A stretch of DNA of 64,000 nucleotides from Patescibacteria group bacterium (GCA_965660445.1 CBFIAK010000002.1:76867-140866); one strand, 5' to 3'; positions 1 to 10,124 are shown, counted from the stretch's first letter. The notes: a model not told the origin generated them from the letters alone. A program made the numbers and translations.

Positions 1-3000
1 ATAGAGGTTTGGGTATTTGCTAAAATCAGAATCTGTGTGAGCGTGATCGGATAGTTTCTGTAAGAGAATAATTCCTTTTTTTGCGATATTATAAGCTCCA
101 TTCTCATCGCCATTAGTTGGAAGATTATTATTTTCTACTTTTCTACTATCAAAAAAAGGTTTTACAGGAGAAAGAATGAAGTCTTGTTTATTGATATCGT
201 TTTCTTTTTCATCCGTGTTTCGTATCTGACAAATTAAGTTAAAATAGAAGATGACATCCTTGAAAAATTGTTCATTCCCCTTTGTTTCTAATTCGTCAAT
301 TTGTCCTAAAATATTGCGATTCTTATCAAGGTTATAAGTTTCAAATAATAATTCTATGTTTTTTGTAATATCTCTAAAGTGTTCATATCCACCTTTGTTG
401 TTATTTGATTGCCGATTCCATCGAAAACGTTCTACGCAACTGTAAACTGTCCAAATAGTGTTTTGAGGATATTCTTTTTGTTTTCGAAAATTTCGGATAT
501 TATAGGTGAATTCAAATCTTCCATTTTGAAATTCTATATTTGAGAATGTTAATATATCTTTTTTTGCATTTTCAGTATTCGAATATTTTAGATATAAATG
601 AGGTCTCCATCCAGTAACGGGATCAATTTTTGATGTATATGCTGCTTGTGTATAGAATATTATCCCAGTTTGTTTTCCCATTTTTTGGAAACTATCAAAC
701 GGGGCAGTAAGTTGGTATGCTCTCAATAGGTGTCCTGCTTTTTGAGGATCTATTTCGCCTTTGTGAACAAGAAATCCTAGTTTATCAATCAATGCTTTTT
801 CAAGTTGTTGATAAATTGATTTTTCTATTCCTCCACGAATTTGTTTAAATCGCATATTCAGATCTTCTAAAACAATGATTGCATTATGCTCAATTGCAAG
901 ATCGGCAAGTTTACGTACAACTTGTGAAATATACCCTTTTTTTAAGTCTTTTATTCCTTCTACGGTTTGCCAATCTTTTCGGGCTTGTTCTCTGTGTTCA
1001 GCTTTTTCTTGTAGTTTTTCTGCATAATTTATCTGCGTATCGTTTCCTCCTTTTATAGTATTTAAACTTCCACTCTCAATTATTTTTCCTGCTTGTGTAA
1101 TCACCGAATAATAGGCAAGATGTTTTTCTCCTCGGTCTACGCCAATAATATTTATATCTTGGTTATTTGCGAGAAAAGTATTTATTTTACTATTAAATTG
1201 AGATACATTATTTTCTGTTCTATTAAGTGTTATTGGAACATGAAAAAATATTTTGTTTTCAGTAAATCGATTTTTATGAAATGCTTTTTCGCTTTTTTCA
1301 AGAACTATTCCCTGATTTGTAGTAATTTTTTCTTTTTTTAAGTCTTTTGTTTTTGGTCGATAAAATATCTCGGCTTGTCCATTTAGTTTTATAGGGAAAT
1401 TTTGAGATATGTTTTCATCAGAAAAAAGCGATTCAAAGTAAAGAGTATGAAGATTTTTAGATCCTCTAGATCCTTCATTCCAATCTTTGTTTTTAATTTG
1501 AAAGAGATAAAGTTCTCCACTTTTATTCTTTTCTTTTATATATGATTCGGAAATATCTTGAAAGGTTATTTTATAACCATCTTCAGCTACATCTCTAAAA
1601 AATTCGCCAATATTATCTTGGTAGTTTGTAGTTGTTTTTATATGAGTAAAATTATATCCTTTCCATCCTTCATATTGATTCAAGCAATTTTTATAAAAAT
1701 CGATAAGTTTATGCATACTTGCAATGGAGAACGAATCGCCTTTCTTGAATTCTTCATTTTTGTAAATATTTAAAATTTCTTCTGAAGGATAGAATTCATT
1801 TATTCCTTTTTTTGAAAAGCAAACTTTGGGAAACATCTTTGCTTGATCTGGAAAGAATTTATATACAACCTTTTGATATTTTCCTTGTTCAATGTTTTGG
1901 GAGAACTTTTCTTTGTTCCGTTTATCAAATATTTTATTGTTTCCTTTCTTCATCAGCCCAATAAAGTATCTCTCATCTTTTCGTAAAAGAATAGCTGAAT
2001 TATCGGATTCTTTATTCTTATCCCATCCATCCGCAAGTGTGGGATTCTCAAAATTGAGTTTCCATTTTTCTTCGCTATATGGTTTTTTTGTAAGATAGTT
2101 TCTTATTTTGTTATACGGTTGTATGATTTCCTCATAAGCATTGTTATAAAAATGATCTTTGTATCCAAAATTAGGGTCATTATAAAAATTTCCAATTATG
2201 TAATCATCCCCAACCCATTTTCTTTTTTTCTCAAGAGAGAAATATTTTGCTATTTGATAAATACTTAAAACAGAGTCAGCAAAATTTTTGATAATAATCT
2301 TTGAATCTGAATTGAGTGTGAAATTATCAAGGAGATTTGAGAAATCTTTTTCAAAGGTGTTATATCCAATTCCTATTACGGAGTCTGTTTTTGAATTAAT
2401 TATTTCTCTATTAAAAAGAGAGTTAAACTCATAATGAAAAATCGTTAAAAACTGATTCCAAATATTTTTTTCTGTGTGATTTAAAATCTCATTATATCTT
2501 TCTTTCCACATATTTCCTTCAAGTATTATATCTTCTAATGCGTTTTTAATATGTTCAAGTGCTATAAAATCAGGAAATGAATAGCCTCCATCTTTTTTTT
2601 TCGCAGATGATGTGATTTTTTTGTTTTTTAAAATCTCAAAAATATGCTTTTCTAAAAATTCAGTTTCATTTGTCCATTTATGGGTAATGGTATTGAGAGC
2701 TTCTTTTGAGATGTGTATTTCAGAAAGATTATATTTTTCTTGATTATTAATAAAATCAGTGAAAAGATTTCTTAAAATAATTGTTTTTGTCTCTGCTGAT
2801 TGATGAAATGTTTTTAAAACTTCTAATAAGTCTGATTCTCCTTCTATTTCATCAATAATTTCTTTTTCATATTCACTGAGTATTTGTTTGTCTAATAATT
2901 TAAAAAATGGAATCTTTTCACCTTTATTATCTTGTCTGTATTTATTGATACATTCATTAAGCCCTTTTAGTTTTTCTCCATTTTTTAGTGTTTTTCCTCC

Positions 3001-3789
3001 TAAGAGGGTATTGTATACATTAATACCATCTTGTAATAAACAAGAATTGTAGAAATCCAAAGAAAAAATACTTGAAAGTGATTGTCCGAAATTGAATTCT
3101 ACTTCTGAGAAATCTATTTTTTCTTTTATACTCTCAAAAATAAGGATATTATCACAAAAACGTTTTAAATTTTGATCCACTATGCGAGTTGCAATTGCAG
3201 TCGTTGTTCCATCATCTTTATAGAAATTCTTACGAGTTTCAAAGAACTTTATAAAATATCCAGTAAAACCTTTCCAACTATCAAAAATAGAAATAACCTC
3301 ATTTGTACTCTCATCTATTATTGTTGATTTTTCTTCCTCTCCATATCGTTCTTTGAGAATCTTAAAGATTTCTTCTTCAAAAAGAATACCTATATCGTTT
3401 TTCTTTATTTTTAAATGTGAATATTGTTGTGCCCAAATTTTGCCTTGTTCGTGAAAAAAGGTAATAACTTCTTTTCTGAGTTCTTTTTCTTTTTTTTTTA
3501 TTTCTTTTGTATAATTTTTTTGATCAATTCTCCATTTCTTAAAAATATCTAACTACTCTTTATTTAATCCAGAGAGAACTGCATTTTGAAGTGATTTCTG
3601 AACAAACTCTCTATGAAGACGATCAAAATAGGGTTTAGTAGCCTCATATTTTATTTTGATTGTTTCATCTTTCTCAAAAACTTTATTTTCTTCTAATAAT
3701 TGTTGTGTATTGCCCACTGGTTTTAATTCAAAGCGTAATGTTTTACTAATTGGGTACTGATTGACGAAACTATCAAAGACAGATGACAT
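1..3789 (-). pseudogene. cas12a: Type V-A CRISPR nuclease Cas12a (Cpf1) with one in-frame TAG at 3553-3555; the C-terminus runs off the window edge
   Basis: N-terminus FVNQYPISKTLRFELKPVG. After the TAG the same frame continues (LDIFKKWRIDQKNY...) to RuvC-I INIIGVDRGEKHLAY (~1150), RuvC-II AIIVLEDLNMRFK (~870) and RuvC-III PTNGDENGAYNIAKKG (~110). Segments translated by hand are in frame, and the ORF track shows no other minus-strand ORF here, consistent with an open frame to base 1. Confidence 0.95.
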
Positions 3790-3921
3790 GTTTAATAAAA
3801 TAAAAACATTCTTTTTATATCATAAAATGAAATATTCTGAAAATTTAATTTCTATCACTATTTTATAAATACTCATCAAAAAACCCTTTAATAGAGTTTA
3901 GATGTACAGTATGGAGCTTGG

Positions 3922-3996
3922 TGGTACCCCCGCCAAGAATTGAACTTGGATCTTCAGCTTAGAAGGCTGTTGCTCTATCCATTGAGCTACAGGGGC
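3922..3996 (-). tRNA. tRNA-Arg(UCU)
   Basis: GCCCCTGTAGCTCAATGGATAGAGCAACAGC-CTTCTAA-GCTG...GTTCAATTC...GGGGTACCA; encoded CCA. Confidence 0.93.
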
Positions 3997-4050
3997 GTTT
4001 GGAAAACGGAGGGATTATAAGAAAAGAAGAAAAAAAAGAAAAGAAAAAAT

Positions 4051-4078
4051 TTGACGCTCTTTCATTTTTTTATACAAT
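4051..4078 (+). promoter_or_regulatory. sigma70-type promoter of tRNA-Glu
   Basis: TTGACG-N16-TACAAT upstream of the tRNA. Confidence 0.6.
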
Positions 4079-4123
4079 TTTGAGGCTCTTGGCAAAAGAG
4101 GTATTCCTCATATATTTGCATAC

Positions 4124-4198
4124 GTCACCATCGTCTAGTGGTTAGGACGCCAGGTTTTCATCCTGGTAACGGGGGTTCGATTCCCCCTGGTGATGCCA
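4124..4198 (+). tRNA. tRNA-Glu(UUC)
   Basis: GTCACCATCGTCTAGTGGTTAGGACG-CCAGG-TTTTCAT-CCTGG-...GGTTCGATTCC...GATGCCA. Confidence 0.95.
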
Positions 4199-4211
4199 AA
4201 AAGCCCTGAAA

Positions 4212-4300
4212 TAAGAATTAGGAATTATGAATTAAGGAAACATCACAAGGTTTTGCACAACCTTGTGATGTTTGTGATGGAAACAAGATTCCAGATTCGA
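4212..4300 (-). repeat. Dispersed palindromic repeat; inverted copy of the 63.4-64.0 kb element
   Basis: 15-bp perfect stem AAACATCACAAGGTT/AACCTTGTGATGTTT with flanking GAATTA(G/T) and GAATCT motifs, matching 63823-63945 in reverse. Confidence 0.8.
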
Positions 4301-4378
4301 TCACTTTAGTGTTCCCGCCCTTCGCTGTGATTCTCAACTTTCAGTTTTGTTTTTTTGTTGTTTTGGTATCATCTATGT

Positions 4379-5881
4379 ATGAATACTGGTTTAGATATAC
4401 ATACTTTTATGACCATTTTAGTGAGTGTGCTTTTTGTGCGTACGGTGCTTTTTCATCTTGAGTTATGGCAACGCCGTGATTACCGTTGGGATCGTTTGCG
4501 TGAGCATCTGATGCGTACTACAGAAGGGCGACAAAAAATCTGGAACCTGTGGTTTTTTAAAGGTATGCCTCGTCCTGCATTATCGGGCAGACTTCTTTTT
4601 ATTCTTTTCTTTTTTGGACTGCTCCTCTTTGCTCTCTTTCATAAATTTTATCCGTGGGATGTGCTGCTTATCCATATAAAAGAAGGGGAATTTATTCAAC
4701 CGTATTTTTGGATTCTTCTTCTTGTCTTTGAACGACTCTTATGGGCAATTATTGCCTCAGCCGTTCTATTTTCTCGTATTCCTGCGGATATACTCAAAGA
4801 ACGATTATTTATTCGTGCTCAAAAAATAATAGATACCTACGAAAACGAAGTAATCCGTATCGGTATCACCGGAAGTTACGGAAAATCAACCACCAAAGAA
4901 ATACTAGTCCATTTACTGAATACAGCTTTTGGACCAGAGAATGTTTTATATAACCCTAAAAATCATAATACAGAAGTGGCTCTTGCACGACTCCTCCTGA
5001 ATAGTCGTCAGTTTTTTACTCATCAATCAACAAAGCCAAAAATAATTGTTCTTGAAATGGGAGCCTACGGAAAAGGAGAAATAGAACGAGTTTGCCAATT
5101 TTTTCGTCCGCATATCAGTATTTTAACAGGAGTAAATAACCAACATATCCCCCTCTTTGGGTCACAACGAAATATCCAAGAAGCCAAATTCGAGCTCGCG
5201 CATGCAACGAGAGAAAAAGTTTTTTTTAATGCCGAGAGTGCATTACTCAAATCTATCTGTGAAGAAAAACAAGTTTCTGCCACCCTTATCCCTCTTTCGT
5301 TTCAATCAGCCCATAATATTACACCTCATCCGACCTATACAGAGTTTGAAGTATATGGAGAAACGTTTCATCTTCCGTGGAGAGGGGAGTTTTTTGTACT
5401 GAACGCTTTGCTCGCTCTCGAAACCGCCCGAGAATTAGATATACCCGTCTCACTTCTTTCAAACGCACTTCGCACTCTGCCTCCTCTTGAACGAGCGTTG
5501 AGTGTGCAAATACATCCTTCAGGAGCTCAAATACTGGTTGATCCGTATTCAGCAAATCTTGATGGAGTCCTCTCGGCGGTTGATCAATTACGAATGGTTT
5601 CGGGGAAACGAATATTTGTAGGCATCCCTATGATTGAACTGGGAAATACGACAAAAGAATCACATAGGATTCTCTTTGAAAAATTGAGAGATTGTGGAGC
5701 GTATGTATTCTGGATGAAACCAGATTATTCTTCACTTGGTAAACAAATTTGTGGGGAAAAATTTATAGGAGACAATACTTCTGTCTTCCGTGAGTTAACG
5801 CAGCATCTTTCAAGTGAAGATATTATTCTTTTTGAGTCAAGAATTCCTCAGTCGTTCCAAAATATTATTGCCCCAAAATAG
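4379..5881 (+). CDS. murF: Mur ligase (MurF-like) with N-terminal transmembrane segments
   Basis: GITGSYGKSTTKE P-loop, NHNTEV, LEMGAYGKGEI, DPYSAN; hydrophobic N-terminus. Confidence 0.75.
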   Translation: MNTGLDIHTFMTILVSVLFVRTVLFHLELWQRRDYRWDRLREHLMRTTEGRQKIWNLWFFKGMPRPALSGRLLFILFFFGLLLFALFHKFYPWDVLLIHIKEGEFIQPYFWILLLVFERLLWAIIASAVLFSRIPADILKERLFIRAQKIIDTYENEVIRIGITGSYGKSTTKEILVHLLNTAFGPENVLYNPKNHNTEVALARLLLNSRQFFTHQSTKPKIIVLEMGAYGKGEIERVCQFFRPHISILTGVNNQHIPLFGSQRNIQEAKFELAHATREKVFFNAESALLKSICEEKQVSATLIPLSFQSAHNITPHPTYTEFEVYGETFHLPWRGEFFVLNALLALETARELDIPVSLLSNALRTLPPLERALSVQIHPSGAQILVDPYSANLDGVLSAVDQLRMVSGKRIFVGIPMIELGNTTKESHRILFEKLRDCGAYVFWMKPDYSSLGKQICGEKFIGDNTSVFRELTQHLSSEDIILFESRIPQSFQNIIAPK

Positions 5882-6983
5882 GAATGTATGTGATGAGTGA
5901 TGGGAGAAGTGTTGGATCAGAAACATGAAGAATCGAAAGGAGAATATAGAGTCCATAAACCCCAACTAAAATACCTCCTTCAGTTCGAGAAAGACTGAAT
6001 TTTTTTCCAATAAGAATAAGGCTTAATAAAACCACAGTTCCAAAAAGTAAAAGAATTGAAGATAACAGGTTTTCTGTTCCTACTTCTACGTTTTGTCCTT
6101 TCCAGAGAATATAAATAAACCATGGGAGCCCTAAACCAATAAGAATATCAAACGAATTGCTTCCAATTGCATTACTCATAGCCATGTTTCCGTATCCTTT
6201 TTTGGTAGCAATAACCGATGATATCATGTCTGGTACAGATGTTCCTGCGGCTAAAACAGTGAGTGCAATAATAGCCTGCGGAATACCAAAAGAATGAGCA
6301 ATGAATACGCCTAATTCTACCATCACCCAACTGAGCGCAATGATATAAAGAATGGATAATACAAATATAGTCTTGTAGTACTGGTTTGATTTTGGGAATA
6401 AATACGAGATAAACGCCGTGTTTTTGTTATCGAAACGATGAAAAAAATTGTTTTTTTGCTGATTCTCTGGTTGTATTTTTTCTAAATATTCCATACTGAC
6501 AACGTGTTTTGGCACTGGGAACCATCGTTTCCATTGTGATAATAAAAGGAGGTATCCAGCATAAGCAATAATATAGATGAGTGATTCCTTGAAGGTAATA
6601 ACGCCGTCCCAAAAAGTAAAAATAAGCAGAACAAGTGATACGAAATAAATACTAATATCTCGAATAACAGATACTTTTTCTAATACAATTTCTTTTACTA
6701 TTGCAGAAACTCCAATAATCATCAATACGTTAAAAATAGCGGATCCAACAATAGTTCCAGCTCCTACGTTTTCAATACCTACTTTGCTCAAAGCAATAAT
6801 AGCGGTGAAAAGCTCAGGAGCACTCGAACCAATAGCCATAAAACTAGCCCCCGAAACATCTTCGGAAATCTCAAGTTTTTCGGTAATCGTTTCTAAACTA
6901 TGCACAAAGTATTGATCACATACTTTCGCGAGCCAATAAAAGACCAATAAAAGAGCTAGAAAAGCACCAATAAGAATTATCAT
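5865..6983 (-). CDS. Ca2+/cation antiporter (CaCA), NCKX-like
   Basis: alpha-1 GSSAPELFT...GTIVGSAIFN; alpha-2 LAAGTSVPD...GSNSFDILIGLGLPW. Confidence 0.9.
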   Translation of the reverse strand: MIILIGAFLALLLVFYWLAKVCDQYFVHSLETITEKLEISEDVSGASFMAIGSSAPELFTAIIALSKVGIENVGAGTIVGSAIFNVLMIIGVSAIVKEIVLEKVSVIRDISIYFVSLVLLIFTFWDGVITFKESLIYIIAYAGYLLLLSQWKRWFPVPKHVVSMEYLEKIQPENQQKNNFFHRFDNKNTAFISYLFPKSNQYYKTIFVLSILYIIALSWVMVELGVFIAHSFGIPQAIIALTVLAAGTSVPDMISSVIATKKGYGNMAMSNAIGSNSFDILIGLGLPWFIYILWKGQNVEVGTENLLSSILLLFGTVVLLSLILIGKKFSLSRTEGGILVGVYGLYILLSILHVSDPTLLPSLITYIPILGQ

Positions 6984-7032
6984 ATAGAACAAAATAAAAA
7001 CTGTTTCGATTTTAACAATAATACCACACCTA

Positions 7033-7692
7033 TCAAATATTTCTTCCTTTACTTTTTGCAAAAACAACGACTTCTATTTCTTGAACGCCTGCTTTTTTAA
7101 GTGCTTGTATACATGATTTTGCAGTTGATCCAGTTGTGTAAACATCATCAATAAGAAGCACCTTTTGTGGAACTGGATACGACGTATCCCATACCATACT
7201 GCCTGATAAGTTTATTTTTCGTTCTTGTACACTGTATTGTGTTTGAGATGGAGTATGTCGTAACCGCTTGAGTCCAAAGCACGACCTCATGTGTGGCGCA
7301 TATTCCTCAATAGACCGAATAATTCTTTCGTTTTGATTGAATCCGCGAATGAGTTTTTTTCTCCAATGGAGTGGAACAGGTACAAGTGTAAACTCGTTTT
7401 TGAGAAACGGTTCGTAATAGACGGCTATGTAATGCGCAATCTGTTTATTTCCTTTGTATTTCAATTCAGTGATAAGGGTTTGTATAGATTTGTTTTCGTA
7501 CCATGCAGAGGCATGTATCGCAATTTTGTTGTGGTACGTTGAAGGGACGGGAATTATTTTTATTTCTTGATGAGAAAGACATAAAAAAGACCCTTCTTCT
7601 CCACAAAAAATACACGTTTCAGGAAAAAGTGCTTTTTTATACCATTGTAACAATGCTGTACTATTTTTTAAGAACCTCTGCCAAATATGCAT
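7033..7692 (-). CDS. comF: ComF-family competence amidophosphoribosyltransferase-like protein
   Basis: FPETCIFCG zinc ribbon, PVPLH..RGFNQ, LLIDDVYTTGST. Confidence 0.9.
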   Translation of the reverse strand: MHIWQRFLKNSTALLQWYKKALFPETCIFCGEEGSFLCLSHQEIKIIPVPSTYHNKIAIHASAWYENKSIQTLITELKYKGNKQIAHYIAVYYEPFLKNEFTLVPVPLHWRKKLIRGFNQNERIIRSIEEYAPHMRSCFGLKRLRHTPSQTQYSVQERKINLSGSMVWDTSYPVPQKVLLIDDVYTTGSTAKSCIQALKKAGVQEIEVVVFAKSKGRNI

Positions 7693-7694
7693 AC

Positions 7695-8243
7695 TTATCG
7701 TACTGGCGGAATAACTGGAGGAAGGGGTGTTGGAGCTGGTCGTGGTACTGGAACTGGTTGTGGTGTTGGTTGCGTGGGAGCTGGTGGGGGAGTGACTGTT
7801 TGTGATACAGCTGCGCCAGAAACTAATTGATTAATTGAGTCTTTTATTTTTTGATACGAGAGATAATCCATAAGATTGAGTCCAAAAATACGTCCTACAA
7901 TCGCTACAAACGTAAAACTTAAAATGGTGATGATAAGTCCAACAATAGAATACCGAATGGTGTTAATGGCTTGTTTGATTTTGTCTTCATTTCCACCAGA
8001 TAAAATAAACGAGATTCCTCCAACAAAAATAAAAATCGCTGCTAATGCACCAGCGATTATAAAAGCATAAACAACACCCATTTGTACAAGTTCTGTGATA
8101 CCAAACTCTAATGTGTTATCCAACGAAGCAGCTCCTCCAAATGGTTGGTTGAGTGGCGATTGTATAGGGGTTACTGGGGCTTGTGTTTGCACCGCTGTAA
8201 CGGGAATTTCATAATAATTTGCGTCTGGAAGAGTTTCGTTCAT
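7695..8243 (-). CDS. VirB2/TrbC-like pilin with Pro-rich C-terminal tail
   Basis: TM-GG..ILSGGNEDKIKQA..TI.YSIVGL-TM pattern typical of CPR pilins. Confidence 0.75.
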   Translation of the reverse strand: MNETLPDANYYEIPVTAVQTQAPVTPIQSPLNQPFGGAASLDNTLEFGITELVQMGVVYAFIIAGALAAIFIFVGGISFILSGGNEDKIKQAINTIRYSIVGLIITILSFTFVAIVGRIFGLNLMDYLSYQKIKDSINQLVSGAAVSQTVTPPPAPTQPTPQPVPVPRPAPTPLPPVIPPVR

Positions 8244-8315
8244 TTATGTGTGTTGAAAAACAGAGACGGTTTTACTATATAAAAAAAAAGAGGAATTGGG
8301 CAACACTTTTTCTAC

Positions 8316-8594
8316 TTATTCGCCTTGTGTTTCTTCAGATTCTATATGATCTTCAACTTTGAGTGTTATTTTTTTTCGTTCTCTTGCTCCAATTGATTTT
8401 ACGAGTAATCGCAATGCAGAAATTGTTTGTCCATTCTTACCAATAACGCGTCCCATGTCATCTTCGTGTGTTTTAATTTTTAAAAGTGTTCCTTTGCTAT
8501 CTATAATGTGTTCAATATGAATATCAGCTGGGTGTTCGCATATTTGTTGTAATACATACCGAACAAAATCTAAAGAGTGTGTCGTGTCATCCAT
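8316..8594 (-). CDS. khpA: KH-domain RNA-binding protein KhpA
   Basis: DDMGRVIGKNGQTISALR; downstream of rpsP. Confidence 0.9.
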   Translation of the reverse strand: MDDTTHSLDFVRYVLQQICEHPADIHIEHIIDSKGTLLKIKTHEDDMGRVIGKNGQTISALRLLVKSIGARERKKITLKVEDHIESEETQGE

Positions 8595-8632
8595 AAGGGA
8601 GGGGATTTAAGAGAATGAAAAAATATTAACAA

Positions 8633-8947
8633 CTATTGAGGAGTTTCAGTTTTAACTTCTTTTTTTGGTTTTGTTGCTCGGGCTTTTACAAACTTTCCAG
8701 CTTCTTGCATACCATCTTTAACAAGTATTCGAGCAACTGTTTGTGATATATGAGCTCCGTTTTTAACATAATGAAGAATTCGGTCTTTATCAATATGAAG
8801 TTCTCCTTTTCCTTCATTTGTATGGGGATTGTAGTATCCGAGTTTTTCAACAAACTTTTTTTGTACAGCTTGCGATTTTTCAGCAACTACGAGCCGAAAA
8901 AATGCGCTTTTTTTCTTTCCAACACGGACGAAACGAATCATAAGCAT
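8633..8947 (-). CDS. rpsP: 30S ribosomal protein S16
   Basis: MIRFVRVGKKKSAFFRLVVAE...VEKLGYYNP. Confidence 0.97.
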   Translation of the reverse strand: MLMIRFVRVGKKKSAFFRLVVAEKSQAVQKKFVEKLGYYNPHTNEGKGELHIDKDRILHYVKNGAHISQTVARILVKDGMQEAGKFVKARATKPKKEVKTETPQ

Positions 8948-8970
8948 GGGTAAAATAGTTTAATGAGTCT

Positions 8971-9008
8971 TAGCTCATGCATTCTATGAAGAGACGCAAT
9001 TAAGTCAA
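8971..9008 (-). promoter_or_regulatory. rpsP promoter
   Basis: TTGACT-N16-TAGAAT on the minus strand. Confidence 0.55.
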
Positions 9009-9215
9009 CTTTTTCTCTGTGTTTTTCAGGATTTTTTTGTTTTTATTGTTGTTTTTTAAAATCATTATATCTGTTTTTGATAATTATTTTGCGAATTACT
9101 GCATTGGAATAACTTTCTATTCGTTTATACCGTCTGAGTGGTTTTAAATAAGATTGTCTTTTTTGTGATTCAATTCTATACTCATTCTGTCTCTTTATTT
9201 TTAATTTTTTTGACT

Positions 9216-10103
9216 ATGAAATTTTTTGCAGTACTCCTTTTACTCACCTTATTCCTTACTGGATGCGAGACTCCGTCTCAAACGACTGAGTCACCAAAAC
9301 ACAACACAAATATGACCTCAGATAAAATGTCGAAAAAAGAAGGTTCATTTTCGTATGTCACCTATTCACCAGAAACACTTGCTGAAATGGAAGGACAACG
9401 TTTTGTTTTATTTTTCTATGCTGATTGGTGTTCTACATGCCAAAAATGGGAACAAATGATTCAAGAATCAGGAACACAACTCTATGATAATGTTCGTATT
9501 GTAAAAGCTGATTATGATACTGATACTGATCTTGTTGCTCAGTATGGTATTGCGTCTCAATCAACAGCTGCTTTTATTGATGAGGATGGATCTGTAACGC
9601 AGATTCTAGCTGATCCTTCAGTTGAAGAACTCAATGCTTTCTTTGAAACTGCAGACTCTGCGAAAACTGATCCTGAAGAGGAAGTAATTCAAGAAGATAT
9701 CGCTGAAACAATACAAGAAAAATCAGATGTATCAACAGAAGAACAAGAAACAACAGAAGAGATGGATGAAGAAGAAATGTCAGACCCTGTATCTTCAGGA
9801 GCACAATATGAAGCTTATTCTTCAGAGCTTCATGATGAATGGAAGTCAGAACCTTATGCTTTGTTTTTTCATGCCGATTGGTGTCCAACCTGTCAAGCAT
9901 GGGAAAAAATGATTCAAGACAATATTGCCACGCTTCCAGAATCAACTCGTATACTGAAAGTTGATTATGATACAAACGAAACACTCGTTCGTAAATATGA
10001 TATACAATCTCAATCAATAGTTGTTTTTGTTACTGGAGCTGGAAACAGTACTCTTAAAACTATTGATCCATCGCTTGACGAGGTTATTCAGTTCTTTGAA
10101 TAA
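9216..10103 (+). CDS. Lipoprotein with two thioredoxin domains
   Basis: Lipobox LTGC; FYADWCSTC and FHADWCPTC separated by an acidic linker. Confidence 0.85.
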   Translation: MKFFAVLLLLTLFLTGCETPSQTTESPKHNTNMTSDKMSKKEGSFSYVTYSPETLAEMEGQRFVLFFYADWCSTCQKWEQMIQESGTQLYDNVRIVKADYDTDTDLVAQYGIASQSTAAFIDEDGSVTQILADPSVEELNAFFETADSAKTDPEEEVIQEDIAETIQEKSDVSTEEQETTEEMDEEEMSDPVSSGAQYEAYSSELHDEWKSEPYALFFHADWCPTCQAWEKMIQDNIATLPESTRILKVDYDTNETLVRKYDIQSQSIVVFVTGAGNSTLKTIDPSLDEVIQFFE

Positions 10104-10124
10104 AAAATAATTGATTATAGAACG

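Noticed and set aside
1093-2098. Small plus-strand ORFs within cas12a, and similar 60-170-aa ORFs overlapping other genes
   Set aside because: Antisense or alternate-frame shadows of well-supported genes, with no recognisable motifs.
3790-3921. CRISPR repeat or leader upstream of cas12a (TAATTTCTA at ~3846)
   Set aside because: Only about 9 bp resemble the type V-A repeat; there is no TCTAC/GTAGA stem and no repetition.
3955-3968. tRNA next to cas12a as an amber suppressor (its loop contains CUA)
   Set aside because: In the 7-nt loop CUUCUAA, positions 34-36 are UCU (Arg); CUA is off-register and this loop is normal for Arg(UCU).
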